Sequence record: PV419677.1
Reading direction: 5' to 3' (one strand)
Source of the DNA: a phage
DNA length: 64,000 bases
The position numbers and the translations under genes are program-made. The notes below the pieces were generated by a model, which did no database searches, had not been told where the DNA came from, and saw only the letters and a program-made list of their open reading frames with translations. Numbering within the stretch: the first letter of the stretch is position 1; the number at the start of each line of letters is the position of its first letter. Shown here one piece after another: positions 20,105 to 33,851 of this stretch.

Positions 20105-21043
20105 ATGGCAACTGAATCATACAACCCGAAACAATTAAAAGATGCAATCCTTCGACGTCTTGGTGCTCCAATTACGAATATCGAAGTTACGACCGAACAG
20201 GTCTATGATTGCATCCAGCGTGCATTAGAATTATATGGCGAATATCATTATAATGGTTATAACAAAGGTTATCAGGCTTTTTATATCGGTCATGATGACG
20301 TTTCACAACAGAAATTTCGCGATGGTGTTTTCGATTTAAAAGGCCGTAATATTTTTGCAGTAACGCAGATTATTCGTACTAACGTCGGTTCATTAACTTC
20401 GATGGATGGTCAAGCTACATATCCATGGTTCACAGATTTTGTTCTGGGACTGGCCGGGATTAACGGTGGAATGGGTAGCTCATGTAACAGCTTTGGTCCA
20501 AATGCTTTTGGTGCAGACCTTGGTTATTTTACACAGCTTATGCAATATCGTTCAATGATGCAAGACCTGATGGTTCCGCTTCCGGATTACTGGTATAATG
20601 ACGATACTGAACAACTTAAAATTATGGGCAACTTCCGTCAGGGAGATGTGATTGTAATTGAAGTTTATACCAAATCGTATAACGGCGTGGATTCAATGGT
20701 AGGTAATACAGCTGGATATGGTTTTGCTTCGGCCGATTGTGATAATCCGTGGAATGCTGGCGCACAGTGGGATAACCCGGCACGCAGAATAAGCGGCATG
20801 AGAGCAGGTGAGGACCTTGGACTTCAAGATGGCGCATACAACAACCGTTGGGTGAAAGACTATGCCACGGCGCTCGTTAAGGAAGTTAACGGCAACGTAT
20901 TGGCTAAACACCAGGGGATGATGATGCCAGGTGGTACCACGGTTGATGGTGTTCGTTTAATTGAAGAAGCTCGTATGGAAAAAGAACGTCTCCGCGAAGA
21001 ACTTGACCTGCTGGATGCACCGACTCCTATATTGGTGGGCTAA
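20105..21043 (+). CDS. 13: gp13 neck protein
   Basis: 312 aa (T4 309), synteny. Confidence 0.85.
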   Translation: MATESYNPKQLKDAILRRLGAPITNIEVTTEQVYDCIQRALELYGEYHYNGYNKGYQAFYIGHDDVSQQKFRDGVFDLKGRNIFAVTQIIRTNVGSLTSMDGQATYPWFTDFVLGLAGINGGMGSSCNSFGPNAFGADLGYFTQLMQYRSMMQDLMVPLPDYWYNDDTEQLKIMGNFRQGDVIVIEVYTKSYNGVDSMVGNTAGYGFASADCDNPWNAGAQWDNPARRISGMRAGEDLGLQDGAYNNRWVKDYATALVKEVNGNVLAKHQGMMMPGGTTVDGVRLIEEARMEKERLREELDLLDAPTPILVG

Positions 21044-21828
21044 TGGCTACTTATGACGCAAGATTATTCGCCCGGCTCGAAGACGGGACCGGGTATGACA
21101 ATACCAATGCTACAGAGATATTGAACCCTTATGTAAACTTTATGCATCATGAAAATACTCAGACTTTAGCCGATGCTATTGTTGCTGAAAGTATTCAAAT
21201 GCGCGGAATGTCTCTTTATTATATCCCAAGACAATTCGTTAAACCGGATTTATTATTCGGTGAAGACCTCCAGAGTAAATTTGATAAAGCATGGAAATTT
21301 GCTGGATATCTGGATACGTTCGATGCATATCAGGGTGATGGTTCTATCTTTAGTAAATTCGGTATGACTGTGAACGATGAAATTACAATATCCATTAACC
21401 CTAATCTGTTTAAACACCAATGTAACGGAACTGAACCTATTGCCGGGGATTTGATTTATTTCCCTCTTGATAACAGCCTGTTCGAAATTACATGGGTGCA
21501 ACCTTATGACCCATTCTATCAGGTAGGTCAAAATGCTATCCGTAAAATCACCGCGAGCAAATACATTTACTCCGGAGAAGAGCTTAAACCCGAATTGCAA
21601 CGGAATGAAGGTATTAATATTCCAGAATTCAGTGAGCTCGATTTACAACCAATCCACAATATCGATGGTCTTACAGATATCAGCGATATCCCTTATGCTG
21701 AATCCAATGAGATTAACGCAGAAGCAGCTGAATATGTTAAACCATATTTTGTGCAGAATGGTCGTGGACTTGAGGCTCCTCCGAAGGCAAAACAGGATAG
21801 CTTTGACGATAGTTTCTTTGATGAATAA
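21043..21828 (+). CDS. 14: gp14 neck protein
   Basis: 261 aa (T4 256), synteny. Confidence 0.85.
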   Translation: MATYDARLFARLEDGTGYDNTNATEILNPYVNFMHHENTQTLADAIVAESIQMRGMSLYYIPRQFVKPDLLFGEDLQSKFDKAWKFAGYLDTFDAYQGDGSIFSKFGMTVNDEITISINPNLFKHQCNGTEPIAGDLIYFPLDNSLFEITWVQPYDPFYQVGQNAIRKITASKYIYSGEELKPELQRNEGINIPEFSELDLQPIHNIDGLTDISDIPYAESNEINAEAAEYVKPYFVQNGRGLEAPPKAKQDSFDDSFFDE

Positions 21829-21871
21829 ATACATTTATTAATGCGCCCGAACTGGGCGCCTGGAGGTTACT

Positions 21872-22743
21872 TTGTTTGGGCATTTTTATAATTCGTCTCT
21901 GCGTCGCTATATCGTTTTAATGGGCGATTTATTTTCCCATGTACAAGTGGCCAGAACCAGAGAAGACACTGGACTTAAATATATTAAGGTCCCTATTTCT
22001 TATGCTTCAAAAGAAAAATTCATGATGCAGCTTGGAAAATGGACCGCTATTCAGAATACACCGACTCCTGACATGTCACCACAAGAACGTGCTGCTCAGA
22101 AGGCTAAAATCGAGACCGTATTGCCCCGTATGAACCTGCATATGGTTGACTTGATGTATAACGGGCAATATAAAACGGCTCTCCAGAATCACACACAGGC
22201 GCGATTTGCTAATAACGACCCCCGCAAGCAGATATCTCAATATTCTCCTGTACCGGTCAAAATGATTTTCGAGCTTGGAATATATACAAGGCATCAAGAT
22301 GATATGTTCCAGATTATCGAACAAATCATGCCTTACTTCCAGCCACATTTTAATACAACTATCACAGAACTTTATACGAATGAAATTACGTTCGAACGTG
22401 ATATAAGAATCGTATTGCAGTCCATAGCAATGGATGAGCAAATTGAAGGTGATGCAATGACTCGTCGTAGACTCGAATGGTCCATTATGTTCGAAGTTAA
22501 CGGTTGGTTATATCCACCGGTCAAGGAAGTAGCCGGGGAAATCCGTACTATCTATCTTGACTTCTTTGCAAATTCCAGAGAGCTTGCACCGGAAGGTAAT
22601 TTCGAATCTGTTGACTCGGAAGCCGTTCCACGAGACGTCGACCAAGAAGACTGGCAAGGCGAATCTGTTCAAACCTATTCGCAGGATATTCCTGTACCGG
22701 TTGACCCAGCACCTCCAGCTCCAAGAAAAAATAGGGTACCATT

Positions 22744-22747
<4 letters not shown>
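21872..22747 (+). CDS. 15: gp15 tail sheath stabilizer / tail terminator
   Basis: [21 protein letters not shown] matches recalled T4 gp15 N-terminus; apparent TTG initiation codon with GGAGG 5 nt upstream. Confidence 0.85.
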
Positions 22748-25054
<2,307 letters not shown>

Positions 25055-25083
25055 AAGTAAAGCAAACTATTAGAGGACTCAAA

Positions 25084-27063
25084 ATGGCTTTATTATCCCC
25101 GGGCATTGAGCTCAAAGAAACAACGGTACAAAGCACTGTTGTTCGTAACGCGACGGGTCGTGCGGCGCTGGTTGGTAAATTCCAGTGGGGCCCAGCTTTC
25201 CAGGTAACTCAAATTACAAACGAAGTTGAACTTGTTGATTTGTTTGGTGGTCCGAATAATGAAACAGCAGATTACTTTATGAGTGGGATGAACTTCCTGC
25301 AATATGGTAATGACCTCCGTACTGTACGTGTTGTTAACCGTGACGAAGCTAAAAACGCATCCCCTATTGCTGGCAATATTGAAACTACCATCGTAACTGC
25401 TGGTACAAACTATGCTGTCGGTGATGTTATTCAGGTTAAACACAACCAGACTGTTGTTGAACCGGCTGGCCGTGTGACCAAGGTCGACGTTGATGGTAAA
25501 ATTCTGGCAATCTTTATTCCTACAAATAAGATTATTGCATTTGCCAAAACTATTAACCAGTATCCTAATTTAGGTAGTGCATGGACCGCGGAAGTTACAA
25601 CCACTTCTTCTGGTGTATCTGGTACCATCACCGTTGGGAAAATTGTTACCGATTCTGGCATTCTGTTGACTGAAGCAGAAAACAGTGAAGAAGCAATTAC
25701 TTCTCTGGAATTCCAGGCATCACTAGCAAAATATGCAATGCCAGGTGTTGTTGCTCTTTATCCAGGTGAAATCGGTTCGACTTTGGAAGTTGAAATCGTA
25801 TCTAAAGCTGACTTTGAAAAAGGCGCAGCTGCAAATCTGAATATTTTCCCAGGCGGCGGAACGCGTGCTTCTGTGGCTCGTGCCGTGTTTAACTATGGCC
25901 CGCAGTCTGAAAACCAATATGCAATTATCGTTCGCCGCGATGGCGCAATCGTCGAAAACGTTGTTTTGTCTACCAAACAGGGCGAAAAAGATGTTTACGG
26001 TAATAACATTTACTTGGATGACTACTTTGCAAAAGGTACTTCCAACTACATCTATGCAACATCTCGCAACTGGCCTGCAGGCTTCAGTGGTATCATCAAT
26101 CTGTCTGGTGGTATTTCTGCAAACGATAAGATTACCGCTGGTGATTTGATGCAAGGTTGGGACCTGTTTGCTGACCGTGAAGCACTGCATATTAACCTGC
26201 TTATCGCTGGTGCTGTTGCCGGTGAAGGTGATGCGACTGCTTCCACTGTTCAGAAACACGTGGTTTCTATTGCTGACGAACGTCAGGATTGTCTGGCATT
26301 TATTTCCCCGCCGAAAGGTCTGTTGGTTAACGTTCCTCTGACCCGTGCAGTGGATAACCTGATTGACTGGCGTACAGGTGCTGGCGCATTTGATACTGAT
26401 AACATGAATATCAGCACGACTTATGCAGCGATTGATGGCAACTATAAATATCAGTATGATAAATATAATGACGTTAACCGTTGGGTTCCTCTGGCAGCTG
26501 ATATGGCTGGTCTGTGTGCTCGTACTGATGATGTTTCTCAGCCTTGGATGTCTCCGGCTGGTTATAACCGCGGTCAGATTCTGAACGTTCTGAAATTGGC
26601 TGTTGAACCACGTCAGACCCAACGTGACCGCATGTATCAAGAAGCTATCAACCCGGTTGTTGGTTTCGCAGGTGGTGATGGTTTTGTTCTGTATGGTGAT
26701 AAGACTGCAACTAAAGTTCCATCTCCGATGGACCATATTAACGTTCGTCGTCTTACGAATATGCTGAAGAAAAATATCGGTGATGCATCCAAATATAAAC
26801 TGTTTGAGCTTAACGATAACTTCACTCGTGCATCATTCCGTATGGAAACTTCTCAATACTTGGATGGTATTCGTGCACTTGGTGGCATTTATGAAGGTCG
26901 TGTAGTTTGTGATACTACTAACAACACCCCGGCGGTTATAGACCGAAATGAGTTTGTTGCTAGCATATATTTTAAACCAGCAAGGTCGATAAATTTTATC
27001 ACGCTTAATTTCGTAGCAACAAGCACGGGCGCTGATTTTGATGAGTTGATTGGAGCGAACTAA
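25084..27063 (+). CDS. 18: gp18 tail sheath protein
   Basis: 659 aa equals T4 gp18. Confidence 0.95.
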   Translation: MALLSPGIELKETTVQSTVVRNATGRAALVGKFQWGPAFQVTQITNEVELVDLFGGPNNETADYFMSGMNFLQYGNDLRTVRVVNRDEAKNASPIAGNIETTIVTAGTNYAVGDVIQVKHNQTVVEPAGRVTKVDVDGKILAIFIPTNKIIAFAKTINQYPNLGSAWTAEVTTTSSGVSGTITVGKIVTDSGILLTEAENSEEAITSLEFQASLAKYAMPGVVALYPGEIGSTLEVEIVSKADFEKGAAANLNIFPGGGTRASVARAVFNYGPQSENQYAIIVRRDGAIVENVVLSTKQGEKDVYGNNIYLDDYFAKGTSNYIYATSRNWPAGFSGIINLSGGISANDKITAGDLMQGWDLFADREALHINLLIAGAVAGEGDATASTVQKHVVSIADERQDCLAFISPPKGLLVNVPLTRAVDNLIDWRTGAGAFDTDNMNISTTYAAIDGNYKYQYDKYNDVNRWVPLAADMAGLCARTDDVSQPWMSPAGYNRGQILNVLKLAVEPRQTQRDRMYQEAINPVVGFAGGDGFVLYGDKTATKVPSPMDHINVRRLTNMLKKNIGDASKYKLFELNDNFTRASFRMETSQYLDGIRALGGIYEGRVVCDTTNNTPAVIDRNEFVASIYFKPARSINFITLNFVATSTGADFDELIGAN

Positions 27064-27095
27064 GACTTTACTTCTGATTTAACTTGGGTTATAAT

Positions 27096-27118
27096 GCGCG
27101 TATAATATAAATACGCGC
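27096..27118. repeat. GC-clamped inverted repeat enclosing a late-promoter box, upstream of the HNH gene
   Basis: GCGCGTA-taatataaa-TACGCGC; TATAAATA at 27105-27112 sits in the loop. Confidence 0.5.
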
Positions 27119-27130
27119 AAGGATTTACAA

Positions 27131-27736
27131 GTGATTATTTCTAAATTTGTTGAAGTTCAAATACGAAATCATGCAAAGTGGTGGAGCGAATACTTAGGTA
27201 AAACTCTAACATATCATGATGTGATTTCTGTACCAGTTGAACAAATGCCAGATAATAGTAATAAAAAGATTGAATGTTCCTGTGATGAATGTGGTGCACA
27301 TTTTGAACGTGGTATTCAGTTGCTTCGGCGCGTTGATAAACATTTATGTAAGACCTGCGCAAGAAAAGATGTGGGTGCAAAAGTTTCTGTAAAAATGGCT
27401 GGAGTATCAAGATTTGATTTACGAGGAGAAAACCACCCTAGATGGAAAGGTAATCGCAAAGAATATGATTTGTATGCCCAGCGCATTCATGCATTAACTC
27501 GTGGAAAACATCTAAAGAATATTTGGTCAACATGGGAAAATGCAGATAAGATAGGAAAATGTGGAGAAGAAGGTGCATATCAGCTTGACCATAAAGTTTC
27601 TATTGCATATGGATTTTATAATCATATACCAGAGACAGTTATCGCTTCGCTCAACAATTTAGAAATAGTCACTTGGGAATCTAATAGGTCCAAAGGAAAA
27701 TCAAATAGTATTGACTTATGGGATATATTATCCTGA
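27131..27736 (+). CDS. HNH homing endonuclease with N-terminal zinc ribbon, inserted between genes 18 and 19
   Basis: CSCDEC...CKTC zinc ribbon; ENHPRWKG; YQLDHKVSIAYGF...NNLEIVTWESNRSKG (HNH core); GTG start with SD AAGGA; no gene here in T4. Confidence 0.8.
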   Translation: MIISKFVEVQIRNHAKWWSEYLGKTLTYHDVISVPVEQMPDNSNKKIECSCDECGAHFERGIQLLRRVDKHLCKTCARKDVGAKVSVKMAGVSRFDLRGENHPRWKGNRKEYDLYAQRIHALTRGKHLKNIWSTWENADKIGKCGEEGAYQLDHKVSIAYGFYNHIPETVIASLNNLEIVTWESNRSKGKSNSIDLWDILS

Positions 27737-27760
27737 CAGTAAATGTAATTAAGCAGTAAA

Positions 27761-27813
27761 CCGTAGAACCATTATACAATGCTATAAATAAAAGCATATC
27801 ATCGGTTCTACGG
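27761..27813. repeat. perfect 10-bp inverted repeat (CCGTAGAACC / GGTTCTACGG) with a 33-nt loop carrying promoter signals on both strands
   Basis: Plus-strand TATAAATA at 27783-27790; minus-strand TATAAT (27771-27776) with MotA-like box TGCTTTT upstream, directing transcription antisense into the HNH gene. Confidence 0.5.
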
Positions 27814-27871
27814 ACTCCTCAGAGCTCCTCCAGCGACCTAAATACATTTATTGATGAATCATATTACCTAG

Positions 27872-27879
27872 TATAAATA
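27872..27879 (+). promoter_or_regulatory. late promoter TATAAATA for gene 19
   Basis: Exact TATAAATA about 50 nt upstream of gp19 ATG; followed by palindrome CGCGTACGCG (27893-27902). Confidence 0.55.
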
Positions 27880-27931
27880 CATGCATCAGGGACGCGTACG
27901 CGCGACCTGTGTCTATAAAGAGGATTCCTTA

Positions 27932-28423
27932 ATGGAACTTACTGATATATCCAGAGCCTTCGAATCCGGCGACTTTGCTCGTCCTAACCTGTTCGAAGTC
28001 GAAATCCCATTCCTGGGTAAAAACTTTGCTTTCCATTGTAAAGCAGCCCCGATGCCAGCAGGCATTGTAGAAAAAGTTCCTGTCGGTTACATGAACCGTA
28101 AAATCAACGTTGCGGGCGACCGTACATTTGATGACTGGACTATTACGATTTATAACGACGATGCTCATAAAGTTCGTCAAGCAATTGTTGATTGGCAAAA
28201 CCTGTGTCACGGTATGACTAACGAAATCACCGGTGCAGCTCCTGCTGATTATAAGAAAACCGCTACTGTCCGCCAGTTCCATCGTGATGGCAAGACCGTT
28301 ACGAAAGAAGTTGTTATTACCGGCATGTGGCCAACCAACGTTGGGGAAGTCCAGATGGATTGGGATTCGAACAACGAAATTGAAACGTTCGAAGCAACGT
28401 TCGCAATTGACTGGTGGGAATAA
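27932..28423 (+). CDS. 19: gp19 tail tube protein
   Basis: From ATG 27932: MELTDISRAFESGDFARPNLFEVEIPFLG..., matches recalled T4 gp19; 163 aa equals T4; track start 27881 rejected. Confidence 0.9.
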   Translation: MELTDISRAFESGDFARPNLFEVEIPFLGKNFAFHCKAAPMPAGIVEKVPVGYMNRKINVAGDRTFDDWTITIYNDDAHKVRQAIVDWQNLCHGMTNEITGAAPADYKKTATVRQFHRDGKTVTKEVVITGMWPTNVGEVQMDWDSNNEIETFEATFAIDWWE

Positions 28424-28424
28424 G

Positions 28425-28432
28425 TATAAATA
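28425..28432 (+). promoter_or_regulatory. late promoter TATAAATA for gene 20
   Basis: Exact TATAAATA, then hairpin ATGAGGC-TTCG-GCCTCAT at 28441-28458. Confidence 0.55.
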
Positions 28433-28480
28433 AAGTTATTATGAGGCTTCGGCCTCATTTCCCAAACTTCGGAGACTCTA

Positions 28481-30055
28481 ATGGCAGGTTTTAACACAAT
28501 ACTAAATTTTCTTAAGCCTTGGGCTAAAGAAGATGAACAAGAATATAAGCAACAAGAAAAAAATAATTTAGAGTCAATGACCGGGCCGAAGTTTGACGAT
28601 GGGGCTCGCGAAATTGAGTCACAAGAACAAAACGTCCCGTATAATGCATTGATGCAACAGATGTTCGGGAGTAATGAACCTGAAGTAAAAAATACCAGGG
28701 AATTAATTGACACCTACCGCAACTTACTAAATAATTATGAAGTTGATAACGCGGTGCAAGAAATTGTGTCTGATGCTATCGTTTTTGAAGACGGTAAAGA
28801 TGTTGTAGCTCTTAACCTTGATGCTACCGAATTTAGTCAGAAAATTAAAGACCGAATCCTTGAAGAATTTTTGGAAGTTAATAACCTCCTTAATTTCGAG
28901 CGTAAAGGTTCTGACCATTTTAAACGTTGGTATGTGGATTCTCGAATTTTCTTCCACAAAATTATCAACCCAGCAAAACTTAAAGATGGAGTTCAAGAAC
29001 TTCGTCGCCTTGACCCAAGACAAATCCAGTTCATTCGTGAAATCGTTACACGCATGGAAAATGGTACAAAAATTGTCGACGGTTACAGAGAATATTTTGT
29101 ATACGATACTGGCCATGAAAGTTATTGTGCCGATGGTCGTATATATGAAGCAGGTACTAAAATAAAAATTCCTCGTGCGGCAATTGTATATGCACATTCT
29201 GGATTACTTGATTGCTGTGGTAAGAATATCATCGGATACTTGCAACGAGCAATTAAACCTGCAAACCAATTAAAACTATTAGAAGATGCTTTAGTCATTT
29301 ATCGTATAACTCGTGCCCCAGACCGCCGAGTCTTTTATATCGATACCGGGAATATGCCGTCTCGTAAAGCAGCAGCACATATGCAACATATTATGAACAC
29401 GATGAAAAACCGTGTCGTATATGATGCAACCACGGGTAAAATCAAAAACCAACAGCACAACATGTCTATGACAGAAGACTATTGGTTGCAACGTCGTGAT
29501 GGTAAAGCTGTCACCGAAGTTGATACTCTTCCGGGAGCGCAAGGCATGTCGGATATGGACGATGTTCGCTGGTTTAAGAACAACCTATATCAGGCTCTCC
29601 GAATTCCATTATCTCGTATCCCTAATGACCAAAACAGCGGCGTTATGTTTGATGCGGGCGCGACAATTACTCGCGATGAATTGAATTTCTCTAAATGGAT
29701 TAGGCAGCTACAGAATAAATTTGAAGAAGTTTTCCTCGACCCGCTTAAAACCAACCTTATCCTGAAAAAAATTATTTCAGAAGAGGAATGGGAAAAGGAA
29801 CTAAATAATATTAAAGTTACGTTCAACCGTGATAGCTATTTCACCGAAATGAAAGACGCAGAAATCATGGAACGCAGAATCAATATGCTAACGATGGCTG
29901 AACCGTTTATCGGTAAATATATTTCGCATCAAACGGCTATGAAGGACTTCCTCCAGATGTCTGATGAAGAAATTAATCAAGAAGCTAAGCAAATTGAATT
30001 GGAGTCCAAAGAGGCTCGTTTCCAAAACCCTGAAGAAGAAGAAGAGGATTTCTAA
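28481..30055 (+). CDS. 20: gp20 portal protein
   Basis: 524 aa equals T4 gp20. Confidence 0.9.
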   Translation: MAGFNTILNFLKPWAKEDEQEYKQQEKNNLESMTGPKFDDGAREIESQEQNVPYNALMQQMFGSNEPEVKNTRELIDTYRNLLNNYEVDNAVQEIVSDAIVFEDGKDVVALNLDATEFSQKIKDRILEEFLEVNNLLNFERKGSDHFKRWYVDSRIFFHKIINPAKLKDGVQELRRLDPRQIQFIREIVTRMENGTKIVDGYREYFVYDTGHESYCADGRIYEAGTKIKIPRAAIVYAHSGLLDCCGKNIIGYLQRAIKPANQLKLLEDALVIYRITRAPDRRVFYIDTGNMPSRKAAAHMQHIMNTMKNRVVYDATTGKIKNQQHNMSMTEDYWLQRRDGKAVTEVDTLPGAQGMSDMDDVRWFKNNLYQALRIPLSRIPNDQNSGVMFDAGATITRDELNFSKWIRQLQNKFEEVFLDPLKTNLILKKIISEEEWEKELNNIKVTFNRDSYFTEMKDAEIMERRINMLTMAEPFIGKYISHQTAMKDFLQMSDEEINQEAKQIELESKEARFQNPEEEEEDF

Positions 30056-30303
30056 TGGATGATTTATTTGAAGCCATTAAATCAAACGACCTCGTAGCCG
30101 TTCGCAAATATTTTGCTGAAAACATTGGCCCAGTATGCGGTAGTTTGATTGAAGAACGTAAGATTGAAATTGCACGTTCCATCATGATTGAAGGCGAAGA
30201 GCCTAAAGAAGATGATGAAGACGGTAAAGCAGAAAAGAAAGACAAAAAAGAATCTGATGACGCTGACGAAGGCGACGATGATGAAGATGAGGACGATGAA
30301 TAA
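30055..30303 (+). CDS. 67: gp67 prohead core protein
   Basis: 82 aa, acidic C-terminus ([12 protein letters not shown]), synteny. Confidence 0.7.
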   Translation: MDDLFEAIKSNDLVAVRKYFAENIGPVCGSLIEERKIEIARSIMIEGEEPKEDDEDGKAEKKDKKESDDADEGDDDEDEDDE

Positions 30304-30731
30304 TGTTTATTATCCCTGATGATTACGAATTAACTCTTGAAAACATTGAAAGTGTTTCCGAAGAAGCTCAGGGACAATTTGATTCATTATCTGAAGCCTT
30401 AGAAAAAGACGATATAAATATTATTGTAGAAAACATGTTTGCAGCCGGTGAATATGAAAAAGCAACGGTTATCGGCGCGCTGAATGAAGGTGTTCAGCTT
30501 AACGAATTTATCGTTAAACATGTATCGTCTCGCGGTGAGTTAACCCGCACAAAAGACCTAGCTACTCGTAAGCGTAATGCTTTCCAAACAACTGGTCTTT
30601 CTAAAGCTAAACGTCGTCAAATTGCCCGTCTGGCTACTAAAACAAAAAGAGCAAACCCATCTACGCAAATCAGAGCAGAGCGCAAGCGCAAAAAAGCTCG
30701 AGCTAAGCGTAAAGCATTCGGACTTGATTAA
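30303..30731 (+). CDS. 68: gp68 prohead core protein
   Basis: 142 aa (T4 141), synteny. Confidence 0.7.
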   Translation: MFIIPDDYELTLENIESVSEEAQGQFDSLSEALEKDDINIIVENMFAAGEYEKATVIGALNEGVQLNEFIVKHVSSRGELTRTKDLATRKRNAFQTTGLSKAKRRQIARLATKTKRANPSTQIRAERKRKKARAKRKAFGLD

Positions 30732-31369
30732 TGGAACAGAAACCAGAGTTACTAATTGAACACTGGGGTCAACCGGGCGAAATTAAAGATGGTGTACCGA
30801 TGTTGGAATCTCATGACGGTTCCAGCAGCGGTTTAAAGCCAGGACTTTATATTGAAGGTATTTTCCTACAAGCTGAAGTTGTTAACCGTAATAAACGACT
30901 TTATCCTAAACATATTTTGGAAAAAGCCGTTGCTGATTATATGACAGAACAGGTTGCTACTAAACAAGCTTTAGGAGAATTAAATCATCCGCCCCGTGCT
31001 AACGTCGACCCTATGCAAGCCGCTATTATTATTGAAGATATGTGGTGGAAAGGTAATGATGTATATGGCCGCGCACGTATTATCGAAGGCGACCATGGCC
31101 CAGGTGATAAACTTGCTGCAAATATAAGAGCAGGTTGGATTCCAGGTGTATCTAGTCGTGGACTTGGTTCCTTGACTAAATCAGCAAAAGGTTATAGCAT
31201 CGTTAATGAAGGTTTTAAATTGACGGTTGGAGTAGATGCAGTATGGGGGCCAAGTGCTCCGGACGCTTGGGTCAAACCAAAGCAGATTACAGAATCACAA
31301 ACGGCAGTTGCCGATACCAGTGCCGATGACGCCTTTATGGCTCTCGCAGAGGCTTTAAAGACGTTATAA
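30731..31369 (+). CDS. 21: gp21 prohead core protease
   Basis: 212 aa equals T4 gp21. Confidence 0.85.
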   Translation: MEQKPELLIEHWGQPGEIKDGVPMLESHDGSSSGLKPGLYIEGIFLQAEVVNRNKRLYPKHILEKAVADYMTEQVATKQALGELNHPPRANVDPMQAAIIIEDMWWKGNDVYGRARIIEGDHGPGDKLAANIRAGWIPGVSSRGLGSLTKSAKGYSIVNEGFKLTVGVDAVWGPSAPDAWVKPKQITESQTAVADTSADDAFMALAEALKTL

Positions 31370-31372
31370 ATA
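31365..31372 (+). promoter_or_regulatory. late promoter TATAAATA for gene 22
   Basis: Exact TATAAATA overlapping gp21 stop. Confidence 0.55.
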
Positions 31373-31401
31373 AATGTATATCTTAACAACAGGACTACAA
31401 A

Positions 31402-32220
31402 ATGCTTAAAGAACAACTCATTTCTGAAGCTCAGAATATCGATGCTTCCGTTGCTCTCGATAGTATTTTCGAATCAGTTAATTTGTCCCCGGAAGCGAAA
31501 GCTACCTTCGGCACTGTATTCGAAGCTACCGTCAAGCAACACGCCATCAAACTGGCAGAATCTCACATTCACGCCATCGCTGAAAAAGCTGAAGAAGAAG
31601 TCGAAAAGAATAAAGAAGAAGCCGACGAAAAAGCAGAGAAAAAACTGAAAGAATCTGCAGCTAAATTCCTGGACCACGTTGCTAAAGAATGGCTCGCTGA
31701 AAATAAACTGGCTGTCGACCGTGGCATTAAAGCTGACCTGTTCGAATCCATGTTCACCGGCATGAAAGAACTGTTCGTTGAGCACAACGTTGTTGTTCCA
31801 GAAGAATCTGTCGATGTTGTTGCAGAAATGCAGGAAGAACTGGCTGAACAGAAAGAAGAAACCGCTAATCTGTTCGAAGAAGTTGCTAAGCGTGATGCTT
31901 ATATCAATTATGTCCAACGTGAAGTTGCGTTGACTGAAGCGACTAAAGACCTGACTGAATCTCAAAAAGAAAAAGTTGGTTCTCTGGTAGAAGGCATGGA
32001 ATACTCTGATGCATTCGGTACCAAAATTGGCGCTATCGTTGAAATGGTTAAAGGTCAGGTAGAACCCACCGGCAAACCAATCACCGAAGCCGCTATAAAT
32101 AAAAATGTAGACGATGCTGCGGCACTGAATTACATTTCAGAAGCAGTTGAAGAAAAAGGCGCCAAGCCTACCCTGTCCTTCGCGGACTTGTCTGCTCTCG
32201 CAGCATCACGAATTTCTTAA
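31402..32220 (+). CDS. 22: gp22 prohead scaffold protein
   Basis: 272 aa, Glu/Lys-rich coiled-coil composition. Confidence 0.85.
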   Translation: MLKEQLISEAQNIDASVALDSIFESVNLSPEAKATFGTVFEATVKQHAIKLAESHIHAIAEKAEEEVEKNKEEADEKAEKKLKESAAKFLDHVAKEWLAENKLAVDRGIKADLFESMFTGMKELFVEHNVVVPEESVDVVAEMQEELAEQKEETANLFEEVAKRDAYINYVQREVALTEATKDLTESQKEKVGSLVEGMEYSDAFGTKIGAIVEMVKGQVEPTGKPITEAAINKNVDDAAALNYISEAVEEKGAKPTLSFADLSALAASRIS

Positions 32221-32241
32221 TTTAATAAGGTTATACAACAC

Positions 32242-33801
32242 ATGAAAAAGAATGCATTAGTTCAAAAATGGTCCGCTCTGTTGGAAAACGAAGCTCTTCC
32301 GGAAATCGTTGGTGCTTCCAAACAAGCTATCATCGCTAAAATCTTTGAAAACCAGGAACAAGATATTCTGACCGCTCCTGAATACCGTGACGAAAAAATC
32401 TCCGAAGCATTTGGTTCTTTCCTGACCGAAGCTGAAATCGGTGGTGACCATGGTTATGATGCTACCAATATCGCTGCTGGCCAGACCTCTGGTGCAGTAA
32501 CTCAGATTGGGCCGGCAGTTATGGGCATGGTTCGTCGTGCTATCCCGCATCTGATTGCGTTTGATATTTGTGGCGTACAGCCTCTGAACAACCCGACTGG
32601 CCAGGTATTTGCCCTGCGTGCAGTTTACGGTAAAGACCCTGTAGCTGCTGGTGCTAAAGAAGCTTTCCACCCGATGTATGCTCCGAACGCTATGTTCTCT
32701 GGTCAGGGCGCTGCTCAGACTTTTGAAGCACTGGCTGCAGGTAAAGTTCTGGAAGTTGGTAAAATTTATTCTCACTTCTTCGAAGCAACTGGTTCCGCAC
32801 ACTTCCAGGCTGTTGAAGCTGTAACCGTTGATGCTGGCGCTACTGATGCTGCTAAACTGGATGCTGAAGTTACCAAACTGCTCGAAGCTGGTCAGCTGGC
32901 TGAACTGGCTGAAGGTATGGCTACCTCCATCGCCGAACTGCAAGAAGGTTTTAACGGTTCCTCTGATAACCCGTGGAACGAAATGGGCTTCCGTATTGAC
33001 AAACAAGTTATCGAAGCTAAATCTCGTCAGCTGAAAGCAAGCTACTCTATCGAACTGGCACAGGACCTGCGCGCTGTTCATGGTATGGATGCTGATGCCG
33101 AATTGAGTGGTATTCTGGCTACCGAAATTATGCTGGAAATCAACCGCGAAGTTATCGATTGGATTAACTACTCCGCACAGGTTGGTAAATCTGGTATGAC
33201 CAACACCGTTGGCGCTAAAGCTGGTGTGTTTGACTTCCAGGACCCGATTGATATCCGTGGTGCTCGTTGGGCTGGTGAAAGCTTCAAAGCTTTACTGTTC
33301 CAGATTGATAAAGAAGCCGCTGAAATCGCTCGTCAGACCGGTCGTGGTGCAGGTAACTTCATCATCGCTTCCCGTAACGTAGTTAACGTACTGGCTGCTG
33401 TTGATACTTCTGTTAGTTATGCTGCTCAGGGTCTGGGTAAAGGTTTCAACGTTGACACCACTAAAGCTGTGTTCGCTGGTGTTCTGGGTGGCAAATACCG
33501 TGTCTATATCGACCAGTATGCTCGTGCAGATTACTTCACCATCGGTTACAAAGGCGCTAACGAAATGGATGCTGGTATCTACTACGCACCATATGTTGCA
33601 CTGACCCCGCTGCGTGGCTCTGACCCGAAAAACTTCCAGCCGGTTATGGGCTTCAAAACCCGTTACGGTATCGGTATCAACCCGTTTGCTGACCCTGCTG
33701 CTCAGGCTCCGACCAAGCGCATTCAGAACGGCATGCCGGATATCGTTAACAGCCTTGGCTTGAACGGTTACTTCCGCCGCGTATATGTTAAAGGAATTTA
33801 A
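32242..33801 (+). CDS. 23: gp23 major capsid protein
   Basis: 519 aa (T4 521). Confidence 0.95.
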   Translation: MKKNALVQKWSALLENEALPEIVGASKQAIIAKIFENQEQDILTAPEYRDEKISEAFGSFLTEAEIGGDHGYDATNIAAGQTSGAVTQIGPAVMGMVRRAIPHLIAFDICGVQPLNNPTGQVFALRAVYGKDPVAAGAKEAFHPMYAPNAMFSGQGAAQTFEALAAGKVLEVGKIYSHFFEATGSAHFQAVEAVTVDAGATDAAKLDAEVTKLLEAGQLAELAEGMATSIAELQEGFNGSSDNPWNEMGFRIDKQVIEAKSRQLKASYSIELAQDLRAVHGMDADAELSGILATEIMLEINREVIDWINYSAQVGKSGMTNTVGAKAGVFDFQDPIDIRGARWAGESFKALLFQIDKEAAEIARQTGRGAGNFIIASRNVVNVLAAVDTSVSYAAQGLGKGFNVDTTKAVFAGVLGGKYRVYIDQYARADYFTIGYKGANEMDAGIYYAPYVALTPLRGSDPKNFQPVMGFKTRYGIGINPFADPAAQAPTKRIQNGMPDIVNSLGLNGYFRRVYVKGI

Positions 33802-33823
33802 TCCTAGATTAAGTTAAATAAAA

Positions 33824-33847
33824 AGGGACCCTTGGGGTCCCTTTCTT
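33824..33847. terminator. bidirectional hairpin terminator between gene 23 and the convergent small ORF
   Basis: AGGGACC-cttgg-GGTCCCT followed by T-rich run. Confidence 0.55.
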
Positions 33848-33851
33848 GTTT

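Noticed and set aside
25723-26736. 337-aa minus-strand ORF
   Set aside because: Lies entirely antisense within gp18 (tail sheath); no SD, product is low-complexity and Cys-rich, typical of a shadow ORF opposite a highly expressed gene.
32257-33081. 274-aa minus-strand ORF (and 163-aa ORF at 31474-31965)
   Set aside because: Antisense within gp23 and gp22 respectively; Phe/Ser-rich shadow frames of Glu/Ala/Lys-rich genes.
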